Notes under the pieces: model-generated
What the model saw: only the letters and a program-made list of their open reading frames with translations
Database searches by the model: none
Told to the model about the DNA's origin: nothing
Program-made: the position numbers and the translations under genes
Source of the DNA: a virus
Virus record (IMG/VR): IMGVR_UViG_3300045988_114473
Direction: 5' to 3' (one strand)
Length of the DNA: 45,401 nt
In this document: piece after piece, positions 15,674-22,951 of the stretch
Layout of the letters: every line of letters starts with the position of its first letter
How positions within the stretch are numbered: position 1 is the first letter of the stretch

Positions 15674-16273
15674 TTATTCCCAAGGAGAAGCGCCTTCGCC
15701 CTCTTCACCGAAGCCGGTAGCGGCTTCGAGTTCAGGGAAGTCTTCCGCCTTGGCAACACCGCCGCCGCTCAGACGGTCGCCGTCCTTGACGAACTGCAGT
15801 CCCTTAAGACCGATGCCGACGCCGTCGCCACCCGTCTTGTGGCTGTACTTGTAGAACGACACGATGGCGTGAACGGTAGCGCCCGCGTACATCATTTCGC
15901 GGATTTCCTGTTCATTCATCTTGGTACGGTCGCGCTTGTAGCACGGGATCACAATGCCGGAGTTGGCGTTGATGAAGAGACGGCCTGCGTAGCCTGCGAG
16001 CTCTTCCTTGAGATCGCCATCCTTCAGCGGGAATTTGCCCTTGGCCTTCATGCCTGCGACAACCTTGTCGCCCTTGGCGCCGAAGGCTTCCTTGGCGACA
16101 GCCACGATGCTGGCTTCGATTGCCTTGGCCTCCTGCGAGTCCTTGTCCATGAGCAGAGCGCAGCCGTACTTGGGCTTGGCGCCTTCAAGAGACGTGTTGG
16201 GCTCAAGGATGTGAGGGAAGCTCAGCGTCACGTTTTCGAGAAGAATGGAACCGTCTGAAAGTTTCTTAGCCAT
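15674..16273 (-). CDS. Single-stranded DNA-binding protein, DUF2815-like
   Basis: 199 aa with an acidic C-terminal tail ending in an aromatic residue (EEGEGASPWE). It occupies the usual position between the DUF2800 nuclease and PolA in this replication-module type. The assignment is partly by context. Confidence 0.65.
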   Translation of the reverse strand: MAKKLSDGSILLENVTLSFPHILEPNTSLEGAKPKYGCALLMDKDSQEAKAIEASIVAVAKEAFGAKGDKVVAGMKAKGKFPLKDGDLKEELAGYAGRLFINANSGIVIPCYKRDRTKMNEQEIREMMYAGATVHAIVSFYKYSHKTGGDGVGIGLKGLQFVKDGDRLSGGGVAKAEDFPELEAATGFGEEGEGASPWE

Positions 16274-16293
16274 GATTTTTCCTTTGAATCAAA

Positions 16294-17448
16294 TCACTTA
16301 ACAACATCAAACATAGTGCCTACGTCCGTAGGCGTGTACTCTTCACGCTTGTCCGATTCCGGAGCGAGTACGGGCTTCGGATCGGGTCGGACGGTCTCTT
16401 TCTTGAGAGCCGCCCATCCTTCGTCGCTGATGAGCCCTGCTTTGTAGAGCTTTTCAGCATCGGTCGGAGAAATGAGTTTACGCTTGTATCGCTCTTCAGT
16501 CGATACGGACAAACCCGTAAGGATGTCGTCAGCGGTCTGCTCGTCCTTCCACTTGCGAGCGCCGGCGCGACCGAGCACGAGCTTGAGACCGGGGAACTTC
16601 TGCCCGTTGAGCGCATCCTCCAAGAGCTTGGCCTCGAACTGTTCCGTCCAGGTGCGCACGTCGTCGAGCTGCTGAAAAATGACAGCTCGTTGTTCGGGTG
16701 TGAGAATCGGTTTTTCCTCGACGATCGGGAACTGAGCGCCCACCGTGTCGGATACGTGTTTGGCGTATGCTGAACAAACACCCTGCGCGCGGCACCAGCG
16801 GCACGTCTTTTTGCCCGGGCTGAACGAAGGCGGCATGGAGCCGTTGAACTGCGCCCGTGCTATGGCCGCATCGGCGTAGATTCTATTCCGACGACTTTCA
16901 AGGTGCGCGACTGTCGTCTGCCAAGCGTCGATACCGCCTAAAGCCGACACCACGCGCGGCTGCACGATCACGAGTTCGGCGGTCTCGAACGGACCGAGGA
17001 AGCTCAACAAATCCATCGCGCCGAGCGCATAGATCGTGAGCTGAATATTCTCCTCAGCCGACACGGGAACGCCCTGCCCCCACTTGAGATCGACGATCTT
17101 GATGTCGTTTCCCTTGACGGCCACCAGATCGCTCGTCCCGTGTGCGTCCTTCTCGCCCGTAACGTCTTTGAGCGGCACGCGGGCTTCTACGAAGAGGTCG
17201 TAGCCGTCCTCCATCAACTGCTTGGCGTAGAGGATGTAAACGCCGAGTTCGGGAAAACCCTCGATCACGGACGGGGTGTACTCGCCGCGGATCATGCTCT
17301 TGATGATCTCTTCGGCCTTGGCGTGCGCCCGCGTTCCTTCCTCGGCGTAGACCGAGGTCTCGTTCGGGATGTCCTTGCAAAGGAAGGCGCTCCCCGGGCA
17401 GTTCATCCAGCGGTGCGCCGCCGACGGGCTAAGGATTGCGTGCGCCAT
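16294..17448 (-). CDS. PD-(D/E)xK exonuclease, DUF2800/Cas4-like
   Basis: The N-terminal ILSPSAAHRWMNCPGS is a DUF2800 hallmark. It has a C-terminal Cys cluster (CRWCRAQGVCSAY). The ATG overlaps the upstream TGA. Confidence 0.8.
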   Translation of the reverse strand: MAHAILSPSAAHRWMNCPGSAFLCKDIPNETSVYAEEGTRAHAKAEEIIKSMIRGEYTPSVIEGFPELGVYILYAKQLMEDGYDLFVEARVPLKDVTGEKDAHGTSDLVAVKGNDIKIVDLKWGQGVPVSAEENIQLTIYALGAMDLLSFLGPFETAELVIVQPRVVSALGGIDAWQTTVAHLESRRNRIYADAAIARAQFNGSMPPSFSPGKKTCRWCRAQGVCSAYAKHVSDTVGAQFPIVEEKPILTPEQRAVIFQQLDDVRTWTEQFEAKLLEDALNGQKFPGLKLVLGRAGARKWKDEQTADDILTGLSVSTEERYKRKLISPTDAEKLYKAGLISDEGWAALKKETVRPDPKPVLAPESDKREEYTPTDVGTMFDVVK

Positions 17449-17957
17449 CACTTGCCCTCCGCGGCTTTGATCTCGTCAACGAGAATTTGGAGAAGTTCGG
17501 CGTGCTTCTCGACCGGCACGGCGGTCAATCCCTTGAACCCGAAGGACTTGATGACCTGCAGAACGCGATCCGCACCGGCAACACGGCTCAGAGCCATGCA
17601 CTGCGCGCGCAGCGCGGGGAGCAGGTCCTTCGGCTCTTCGGCCTTCGGCTCTTCAGCCTTCGGCTCTTCAACGGCAGGCTCTTCAGCCTTCGGTTCTTCG
17701 GTCTTCGGCTCTTCAGCCTTCGGCTCTTCAACGGCAGGCTCCGCCTTCGGTTCTTCAGCCTTCGGCTCTTCAACAGCAGGCTCCGCCTTCGGCTCTTCAG
17801 CCTTCTCGACGGCCTTGCGCGGGCGGCCGCGGCGTACGGGTTTGTCTTCCGTCGGTACGGCGGGCAAAGCCGGGGCAACGGTGACAAGCGTAGACAGGGC
17901 GGCTAGAATCTGATCGAGATTTTCGATACGAACATTCACATTGACATTAAGTTCCAT
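17448..17957 (-). CDS. AT-hook plus EEPKA-repeat protein, first gene of the leftward replication operon
   Basis: It has the RRGRPRK AT-hook motif followed by roughly twelve (A/V)EEPK(A/T)E repeats and a structured C-terminal domain. Confidence 0.6.
   Translation of the reverse strand: MELNVNVNVRIENLDQILAALSTLVTVAPALPAVPTEDKPVRRGRPRKAVEKAEEPKAEPAVEEPKAEEPKAEPAVEEPKAEEPKTEEPKAEEPAVEEPKAEEPKAEEPKDLLPALRAQCMALSRVAGADRVLQVIKSFGFKGLTAVPVEKHAELLQILVDEIKAAEGK
17627..17805. repeat. Tandem repeats (cttcggctcttcagc-type units) encoding the EEPKA tract
   Basis: Repeated ccttcggctcttc(a/g)gc units are visible throughout the interval. Confidence 0.85.
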
Positions 17958-18033
17958 GATTTTTCCTTTTTCGAATTGAAGCGCACCATCGCGCTCATCG
18001 AAAATCTACCACCCTCGCAACAATCAATCCATA

Positions 18034-18093
18034 GGTGAATACCCCGATGGCAGCGCATCGCGCCTTGCGCTATCCTCGGCGCATGTATTCACC
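18034..18093. promoter_or_regulatory. Inverted repeat in the divergent control region, candidate operator or 5'-UTR stem
   Basis: Perfect 9-bp arms ggtgaatac (18034-18042) and gtattcacc (18085-18093) lie immediately upstream of the HTH gene Shine-Dalgarno. Confidence 0.3.
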
Positions 18094-18109
18094 CGTAGGA
18101 GGACTAGAC

Positions 18110-18322
18110 ATGAATCACTTCATCATCAACTATCCGCCGGAAAAGACGGACGCACTCATCAATCGCCTGCTCGCGCTGGGCTTCACGCAGAAGCGCCTCG
18201 CCGACGAATGCGGCGTGCCGCAGGCCACTCTGTCCCGTCTGCTCAACAAAACGGCACAACCCACGGCGACCAACTACCACAAACTCGTGGTCTTTGCCGC
18301 CACCAAATTAGGAGACAACTGA
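18110..18322 (+). CDS. Small Cro/CI-type HTH regulator
   Basis: AGGAGG Shine-Dalgarno. FTQKRLADECGVPQATLSRLLNK is a classic helix-turn-helix. The upstream part of the 18035 ORF lacks a Shine-Dalgarno. Confidence 0.7.
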   Translation: MNHFIINYPPEKTDALINRLLALGFTQKRLADECGVPQATLSRLLNKTAQPTATNYHKLVVFAATKLGDN

Positions 18323-20550
18323 TGGGTTTCGGTGCGACAAAAGAAACATGGGAAGCCTACCGCAACGACGGATGGCTCCCCATGATGCTGCCCGTCGTGT
18401 CCGATCCGAAGGCTAAGATCGACCCGCAGTCCAAGCTCAAGGCGTTGGGGAAAACCCCTAGTGTCCTCACGCCTGCAAAGACCGTCGTCGGGGTTTACGG
18501 CTGGACGACAATGACCATCGACGAGCGCAAGTTCGACAAATGGTCGGGCAAGGACTACGGCATCTGCCTGCGTTGCGGAGACGTGCTCGCGTTCGACTGC
18601 GACGTGGAAGACGAAAAGTTAAGCGCGCAGCTTCTGGAGCTCTTTCAAATCATGTTCGGCGAGGCATCGCTTCGCCGCCGCGCCGGCTCGAACCGATGGC
18701 TTGCCGTACTGCGCGTGGACATTCCGATGAGCAAGATCATCATCAAGTTCGACAGGAACAACGCGCTTGAAATTTTGGGCTCGGGGCAACAGTTCGTGGC
18801 CGAGGGGACGCACCCGTCGGGCACGCGCTACGAATGGACGGCTGGACACCCCGTGTTCGACAAACTGCCCGTGGCGTCGAGCGACGACGTGCAGGCGTTC
18901 GCCAAGCACGTGGCCGAAGAGTTCGGCGGCGCCATCGCCGGCGGCCGCAAGGCCGTCGTGCGTGAGAAGAACGCAGAAGGCTTGCTGCCCGATCCTCTGG
19001 CCGATTGGCTCCGCGCCGAGGGGCTTGTGCTCAACGAGTCTGACGGCGTGCTCGACGTCGTCTGCCCGTGGCGAGACGAGCATACGGCGGACACGGGGGA
19101 GAACGCAACGCGCTACTATCAGCGCGGCGCGAACGGCGAAAAGATGCCGGGTTTCAAGTGTATGCACGCGCATTGCGCCGACAGAAACTACGAAGACTTC
19201 CTCGCGTGGGCGCACGCCAACGGGTACGAAGACCCCGGCATAGTTGAGGGTTTACCCGTAATTGTCGAGCAGCCGACTACGGAGGAGCAGGCGCGCGAGG
19301 AAAAGCTGTTCCGAATCCTGAACAGCTCCGTCAATGAAAAGACAGGGCTCATCGAAGCCAACTTGTCCACGGTGATGGCCGCGCTGCAACTGTCAAAGTT
19401 CGGGCACATCCATCTTGCCTACGATACCTTCAGCGGCTCGACCGTCTACAAGGACATTCGCGGCGCGGGAAAACCTCTGCGCGGAGACAAGGCGGCTTAT
19501 GACGAATGGGTACCGTTCGGTGATCCGGAGATGGTGCTCATGCGCGAACGTCTTCAGCGCGAGTTCAACTTCAAGCCCGTAGGCGGTGATCTCATGCGCG
19601 ACGCCGTGATCGGCGTGTCCAACGGAGGCTTGACCGTGGTCGATACGATGGTCGAACACATCAACAAGCACCTGCCCGCATGGGACGGGGTGCCGCGCGT
19701 CGAGAATTTCCTCTCGAAATACTGCGGCTGCGCCGACGATGAATATTCCGCCGCGCTCGGGAAGTACATCTTTGCGGCACTCGCCGGACGTGCGCTCAGT
19801 CCCAACGGGATCAAGGCCGACATCGTGCCTATCTTTGTCGGAAAGCAAGGCACCTACAAGTCAACGCTCATTGCCTCGCTCGCCTTAAAGCCCGGCACGA
19901 GCAGAGAGCTTTCGTTCAACAAAAGCGAAGACGACATCAAGCGTTTCATCCGAGGATCGTCCGTCGTGGAAATTCCGGAGCTGTCCGGTATGTCCCGTAA
20001 AGATGCCGCCGACATCAAGTTCTTCATCTCGCTTACCGAGGACTCGTGGATTCCGAAATATTGGGAAACAATGAAGACGGTAAAGCGACGCTGCGTGTTC
20101 TTCGCGTCAACGAACGAGCACCAGATTTTGAACGATCCCACGGGATCGCGCCGCTTCGCGCCGATCGAGACGGGCGTCATCGACATCGACGCCATCCGCC
20201 CGCTGATCCCTCAGCTTTGGGCTGAGGGCTGCGAGATTTTCCGCAACGAGGGAATCGAGCATCGCCGCGTCGAGATACTTGCCGCAGCGAGAGCGTCCAA
20301 TTTCGAACTGCGTGATCCTTGGACGGAAGAGCTCTCCGTGTACGTGAACGACTGGCACACCATGCCGGAGAATGACAGGCCGCCTTTGACTACGAGAACG
20401 CTGCTCGAATGCGCTTTGGGCGTTCCTGCGAGCAAGGCTAAAGTGATGGACAGCCGCCGCGTCGGTAATCTCATGCGCTCGCTGGGGTATTACGTCAAGT
20501 GTACGAAGAGCGGGGGAAAAACCATAAGACTTTGGGAGAAGGATAGATAG
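18322..20550 (+). CDS. Primase-polymerase (AEP) / VirE-type primase-helicase
   Basis: The start overlaps the HTH stop (TGATG). It has a prim-pol core (VLAFDCDVED...GSGQQFVAEGTHPSGTRYEW), a zinc motif (CPWRDEHT...FKCMHAHC), Walker A (VGKQGTYKST) and VFFASTNE...GSRRF, the latter being VirE/P4 alpha-like. Confidence 0.85.
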   Translation: MGFGATKETWEAYRNDGWLPMMLPVVSDPKAKIDPQSKLKALGKTPSVLTPAKTVVGVYGWTTMTIDERKFDKWSGKDYGICLRCGDVLAFDCDVEDEKLSAQLLELFQIMFGEASLRRRAGSNRWLAVLRVDIPMSKIIIKFDRNNALEILGSGQQFVAEGTHPSGTRYEWTAGHPVFDKLPVASSDDVQAFAKHVAEEFGGAIAGGRKAVVREKNAEGLLPDPLADWLRAEGLVLNESDGVLDVVCPWRDEHTADTGENATRYYQRGANGEKMPGFKCMHAHCADRNYEDFLAWAHANGYEDPGIVEGLPVIVEQPTTEEQAREEKLFRILNSSVNEKTGLIEANLSTVMAALQLSKFGHIHLAYDTFSGSTVYKDIRGAGKPLRGDKAAYDEWVPFGDPEMVLMRERLQREFNFKPVGGDLMRDAVIGVSNGGLTVVDTMVEHINKHLPAWDGVPRVENFLSKYCGCADDEYSAALGKYIFAALAGRALSPNGIKADIVPIFVGKQGTYKSTLIASLALKPGTSRELSFNKSEDDIKRFIRGSSVVEIPELSGMSRKDAADIKFFISLTEDSWIPKYWETMKTVKRRCVFFASTNEHQILNDPTGSRRFAPIETGVIDIDAIRPLIPQLWAEGCEIFRNEGIEHRRVEILAAARASNFELRDPWTEELSVYVNDWHTMPENDRPPLTTRTLLECALGVPASKAKVMDSRRVGNLMRSLGYYVKCTKSGGKTIRLWEKDR

Positions 20551-20552
20551 CG

Positions 20553-20582
20553 AAAAGCCTAGGGAAAACCCTAGGCTTTTTT
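20553..20582. terminator. Bidirectional terminator between the primase gene and the convergent small-gene operon
   Basis: aaaagcctaggg-aaaa-ccctaggctttt forms a 12-bp stem with flanking A and T runs. Confidence 0.8.
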
Positions 20583-20592
20583 AGTTGCCGCG

Positions 20593-20862
20593 TCAATGTT
20601 TGAGGTTTTCGACGCGGTATCTGCTCACGCGCGCGGCATACGTCGCCTGTCTCGGGTTGTCCAGAGTCAGATAAGAGCCGTCCGAAAACAGGAACGTTTC
20701 CGAACTGTCGTACGAATCGGTCCCGTGAGGGTATTCAACCCCTGTTGCCGCGTGGGCGCACCGCGCCCGGAACCCATCCAAAAGATCGTAGTCCGCAAAA
20801 CCGCGGTCGTTCCGGGGGATCAATTGGAATTCGCGCTCAAGTTTGTCAGCGGTAGTCGTCAT
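20593..20862 (-). CDS. Hypothetical protein (89 aa)
   Basis: The ATG at 20862 follows an AAGGAGG Shine-Dalgarno. The TTG-extended track ORF reads through the Shine-Dalgarno. Confidence 0.55.
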   Translation of the reverse strand: MTTTADKLEREFQLIPRNDRGFADYDLLDGFRARCAHAATGVEYPHGTDSYDSSETFLFSDGSYLTLDNPRQATYAARVSRYRVENLKH

Positions 20863-20926
20863 ATTTTCCTCCTTTAGTCGCCGCGTCAATTAACGGCGTT
20901 TATCTTGTCCAAAAGTTTTTTCTCCT

Positions 20927-21070
20927 TTAGTCTAGTTTGTCAAGATCCTCGCGCACCATAGCGAAAAGCGCCGAGCACGCAGATGCCGCGCCGATGATGG
21001 CGGCGGCTACATGCAGACCGGCTAATCCGGATACAACGGATAAGCACAGCAAAATGATTGCTAAAAACAT
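20927..21070 (-). CDS. Small hydrophobic protein (47 aa), below the ORF-track threshold
   Basis: AAGGAGG Shine-Dalgarno. Translation is MFLAIILLCLSVVSGLAGLHVAAAIIGAASACSALFAMVREDLDKLD. Confidence 0.4.
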   Translation of the reverse strand: MFLAIILLCLSVVSGLAGLHVAAAIIGAASACSALFAMVREDLDKLD

Positions 21071-21089
21071 AGCTCCTCCTTTCGTGAAA

Positions 21090-21137
21090 GAATAGCGACC
21101 GATGCGCCCGCGTCACCAGGCGCACGAGTCGCTATTC
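21090..21137 (-). promoter_or_regulatory. Intergenic hairpin, a divergent member of the ATAGCG-stem family
   Basis: It has 10-bp arms GAATAGCGAC/GTCGCTATTC with inner TGCGCC/GGCGCA pairing, and it overlaps the stop codon of 21132..21464. Confidence 0.55.
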
Positions 21138-21464
21138 TTCCCATTTGCCCGCGCGTCTATCATAGAGCTCGGCGAGCATTTCGACGATGTTGGCGAAATC
21201 CTCCTCGGCCGTACCGTGCTTTATTTGACTTAGCAGACTGTTCGCTTTAATCAGCCTGTCACGAGCTACGCATATTGCCCAGCGCTTGCCGGCTTGAGGC
21301 TCCTCGCGCGCGAGCGCGTCCCTTCTTTCATCGTCCGTGAGGATTTCGATGGCCTGCGAAAGATTAGCGGCCATTGTGTCTTGTTGTTCAGCGTCAAAGC
21401 GCCGGACGTTTTCAGCGCGCACGAAATCAGTTTGCTTAAGAATGCAGGGGAGCAGTTTCAGCAT
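21132..21464 (-). CDS. Hypothetical protein (110 aa)
   Basis: ORF with an AAAGGAG Shine-Dalgarno. Confidence 0.55.
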   Translation of the reverse strand: MLKLLPCILKQTDFVRAENVRRFDAEQQDTMAANLSQAIEILTDDERRDALAREEPQAGKRWAICVARDRLIKANSLLSQIKHGTAEEDFANIVEMLAELYDRRAGKWEE

Positions 21465-21486
21465 AATAAATTCTCCTTTTATAGAT

Positions 21487-21508
21487 GCCGCGTCAATGTA
21501 GACGCGGC
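21487..21508 (-). promoter_or_regulatory. Hairpin carrying the ATTGACGCGGC motif
   Basis: 8-bp perfect arms gccgcgtc/gacgcggc with a 6-nt loop, between the 35-aa ORF and the next gene. Confidence 0.5.
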
Positions 21509-21514
21509 TCCGGA

Positions 21515-21622
21515 TTAGATCAAAAAGATTGCGATTAACCGAGCGACCGCGAAAAGCGCCATTATCAAAGCGAATAGCGCCAAAGCGTCGATCACCAGGT
21601 CCCTGGATTCGGGATCAAACAT
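21515..21622 (-). CDS. Small hydrophobic protein (35 aa), below the ORF-track threshold
   Basis: GGGGAGG Shine-Dalgarno 8 nt upstream. Translation is MFDPESRDLVIDALALFALIMALFAVARLIAIFLI. Confidence 0.4.
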   Translation of the reverse strand: MFDPESRDLVIDALALFALIMALFAVARLIAIFLI

Positions 21623-21624
21623 TT

Positions 21625-22023
21625 TTAAACCTCCCCTGTTTCGGAATCAATGACAGCCTGCAAAAACGGCGCATCTAAATCACTTGCATTCTCTAGCAGT
21701 TCCCTAGCGAGTTCGACCGCGCTATTCCACCGCGCCGGATAATCGCCGGCGATACGCAGATTAAGCCACGCTTCGCAGTCGTACTCGCTGAGGTACTTCG
21801 ATACCTCCGGACGCGCGTCAGTCGAATCTACGTACACAGCGCAGCGAATAAAACCGCTGTTTTCGGCGCCAAAGTCAAAAACCTCGGCGCCGGTAAGGCC
21901 GTTTTCTCCGAGCCACTGTGTGAGCTCACGGCGCGCGCAATCGTTTAGCCCCGTTTCATCCGCGTTACACAGCGCGGGCGCCCATTCGGACGGAATCGAA
22001 GTCGAAATAATGCACTTAAACAT
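21625..22023 (-). CDS. Hypothetical protein (132 aa)
   Basis: ORF preceded by a conserved intergenic element and an AAAAGGAG Shine-Dalgarno. Confidence 0.6.
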   Translation of the reverse strand: MFKCIISTSIPSEWAPALCNADETGLNDCARRELTQWLGENGLTGAEVFDFGAENSGFIRCAVYVDSTDARPEVSKYLSEYDCEAWLNLRIAGDYPARWNSAVELARELLENASDLDAPFLQAVIDSETGEV

Positions 22024-22103
22024 GGTTTGCTCCTTTTAACCAGTGATGAAAAATTCCCGTGGATAGCGCCGCTGGTGCGCAGCGCTATCGGCTGAAATTT
22101 TTA
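22024..22103 (-). repeat. Structured intergenic element, copy A
   Basis: Minus strand: TAAAAATTTCAGCC-GATAGCGCTGC-gcacca-GCGGCGCTATC-CAC-GGGAATTTTT-CATCACTGGTTAAAAGGAG. Confidence 0.85.
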
Positions 22104-22394
22104 ATCGAATTGGCAACGCAGCTCACGGATCAAAACAAGATTACAAACCGGGCCCGCATAATACCCCGCGCCGCGCCATGACGTTTTGGATAAATCGAGC
22201 CATCTTTTTGGAATAACCCCATTTTCTGCCAAGCACTGCAAAACCTCTGCCTCTTCTCCCGGCGTGCTCGCGGTGGAATACTTTCGAGTTTTGCACAAAA
22301 ACTCAACCCCGTTGCGTGTATGCTTGAAAATGGCAATCTGTCGATTGTATTTGCGCCCGTCTTTCCTGTTGACTACATAATAAAAACGTTTCAT
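22101..22394 (-). CDS. Hypothetical protein (97 aa, basic)
   Basis: ORF flanked by element copies A and B. Confidence 0.55.
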   Translation of the reverse strand: MKRFYYVVNRKDGRKYNRQIAIFKHTRNGVEFLCKTRKYSTASTPGEEAEVLQCLAENGVIPKRWLDLSKTSWRGAGYYAGPVCNLVLIRELRCQFD

Positions 22395-22476
22395 GGTCCT
22401 TTTCTCCTTTCGAATTGGTTTAAAAAATTCCCGTGGATAGCGCCGCGAATAGCAGCGCTATCGGCCGGAATTTTTA
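22395..22476 (-). repeat. Structured intergenic element, copy B
   Basis: Minus strand: TAAAAATTCCGGCC-GATAGCGCTGC-tattc-GCGGCGCTATC-CAC-GGGAATTTTTT...AAAGGAG. Confidence 0.85.
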
Positions 22477-22869
22477 GGAGTCTAGGATTTGCAGCGCTCG
22501 AAACGCCTTTGTGATGGCGTTTGCTGCCCCCCGTAACGCCCGCGCCTGCAAGTTAATCATGGCGCATGAATCGTCACCGATACAAAAATCACGCCGGCGC
22601 AGTCTTTCGACGTCGTGGGGATAGAAAAGCCGCGCGGCGATTTCCGCGTTATCGACAAGGGAGCAGGCGCCTTCGCTGTAATGCTGCCAAGTCCCGGCGC
22701 CGTTCAAAAGGCGCGCATAAAAATCATTTGCAGAAAGCCTATTAAGCTCCCCTTGTTCAAATCCGGCGCGCTCGATTATTTCGGGGACGTATTTAGCCAC
22801 GCCCTGGTAATAGCGGCCGCGCTTGGGGAGCGCGCGTTTTGCGAGTTTAATGAGTTCGATTTTGTTCAT
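22474..22869 (-). CDS. Hypothetical protein (131 aa)
   Basis: ORF flanked by element copies B and C. Confidence 0.6.
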   Translation of the reverse strand: MNKIELIKLAKRALPKRGRYYQGVAKYVPEIIERAGFEQGELNRLSANDFYARLLNGAGTWQHYSEGACSLVDNAEIAARLFYPHDVERLRRRDFCIGDDSCAMINLQARALRGAANAITKAFRALQILDS

Positions 22870-22951
22870 GGTTTTTTTCTCCTTTTAACCAGTGATGAAA
22901 AATTCCCGTTGATTGCGCCGCCGGTTGCAGCGCTATCGGCCGGAACTTTTA
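22870..22951 (-). repeat. Structured intergenic element, copy C
   Basis: Minus strand: TAAAAGTTCCGGCC-GATAGCGCTGC-aaccg-GCGGCGCAATC-AAC-GGGAATTTTT-CATCACTGGTTAAAAGGAG. Confidence 0.85.

Noticed and set aside
22024-22951. Integron-like attC sites (imperfect palindromes directly after each small ORF).
   Set aside because: There is no integron integrase and no RYYYAAC/GTTRRRY core sites at the element ends. The elements are fused to the next gene's Shine-Dalgarno, and the G-U evidence points to RNA function.
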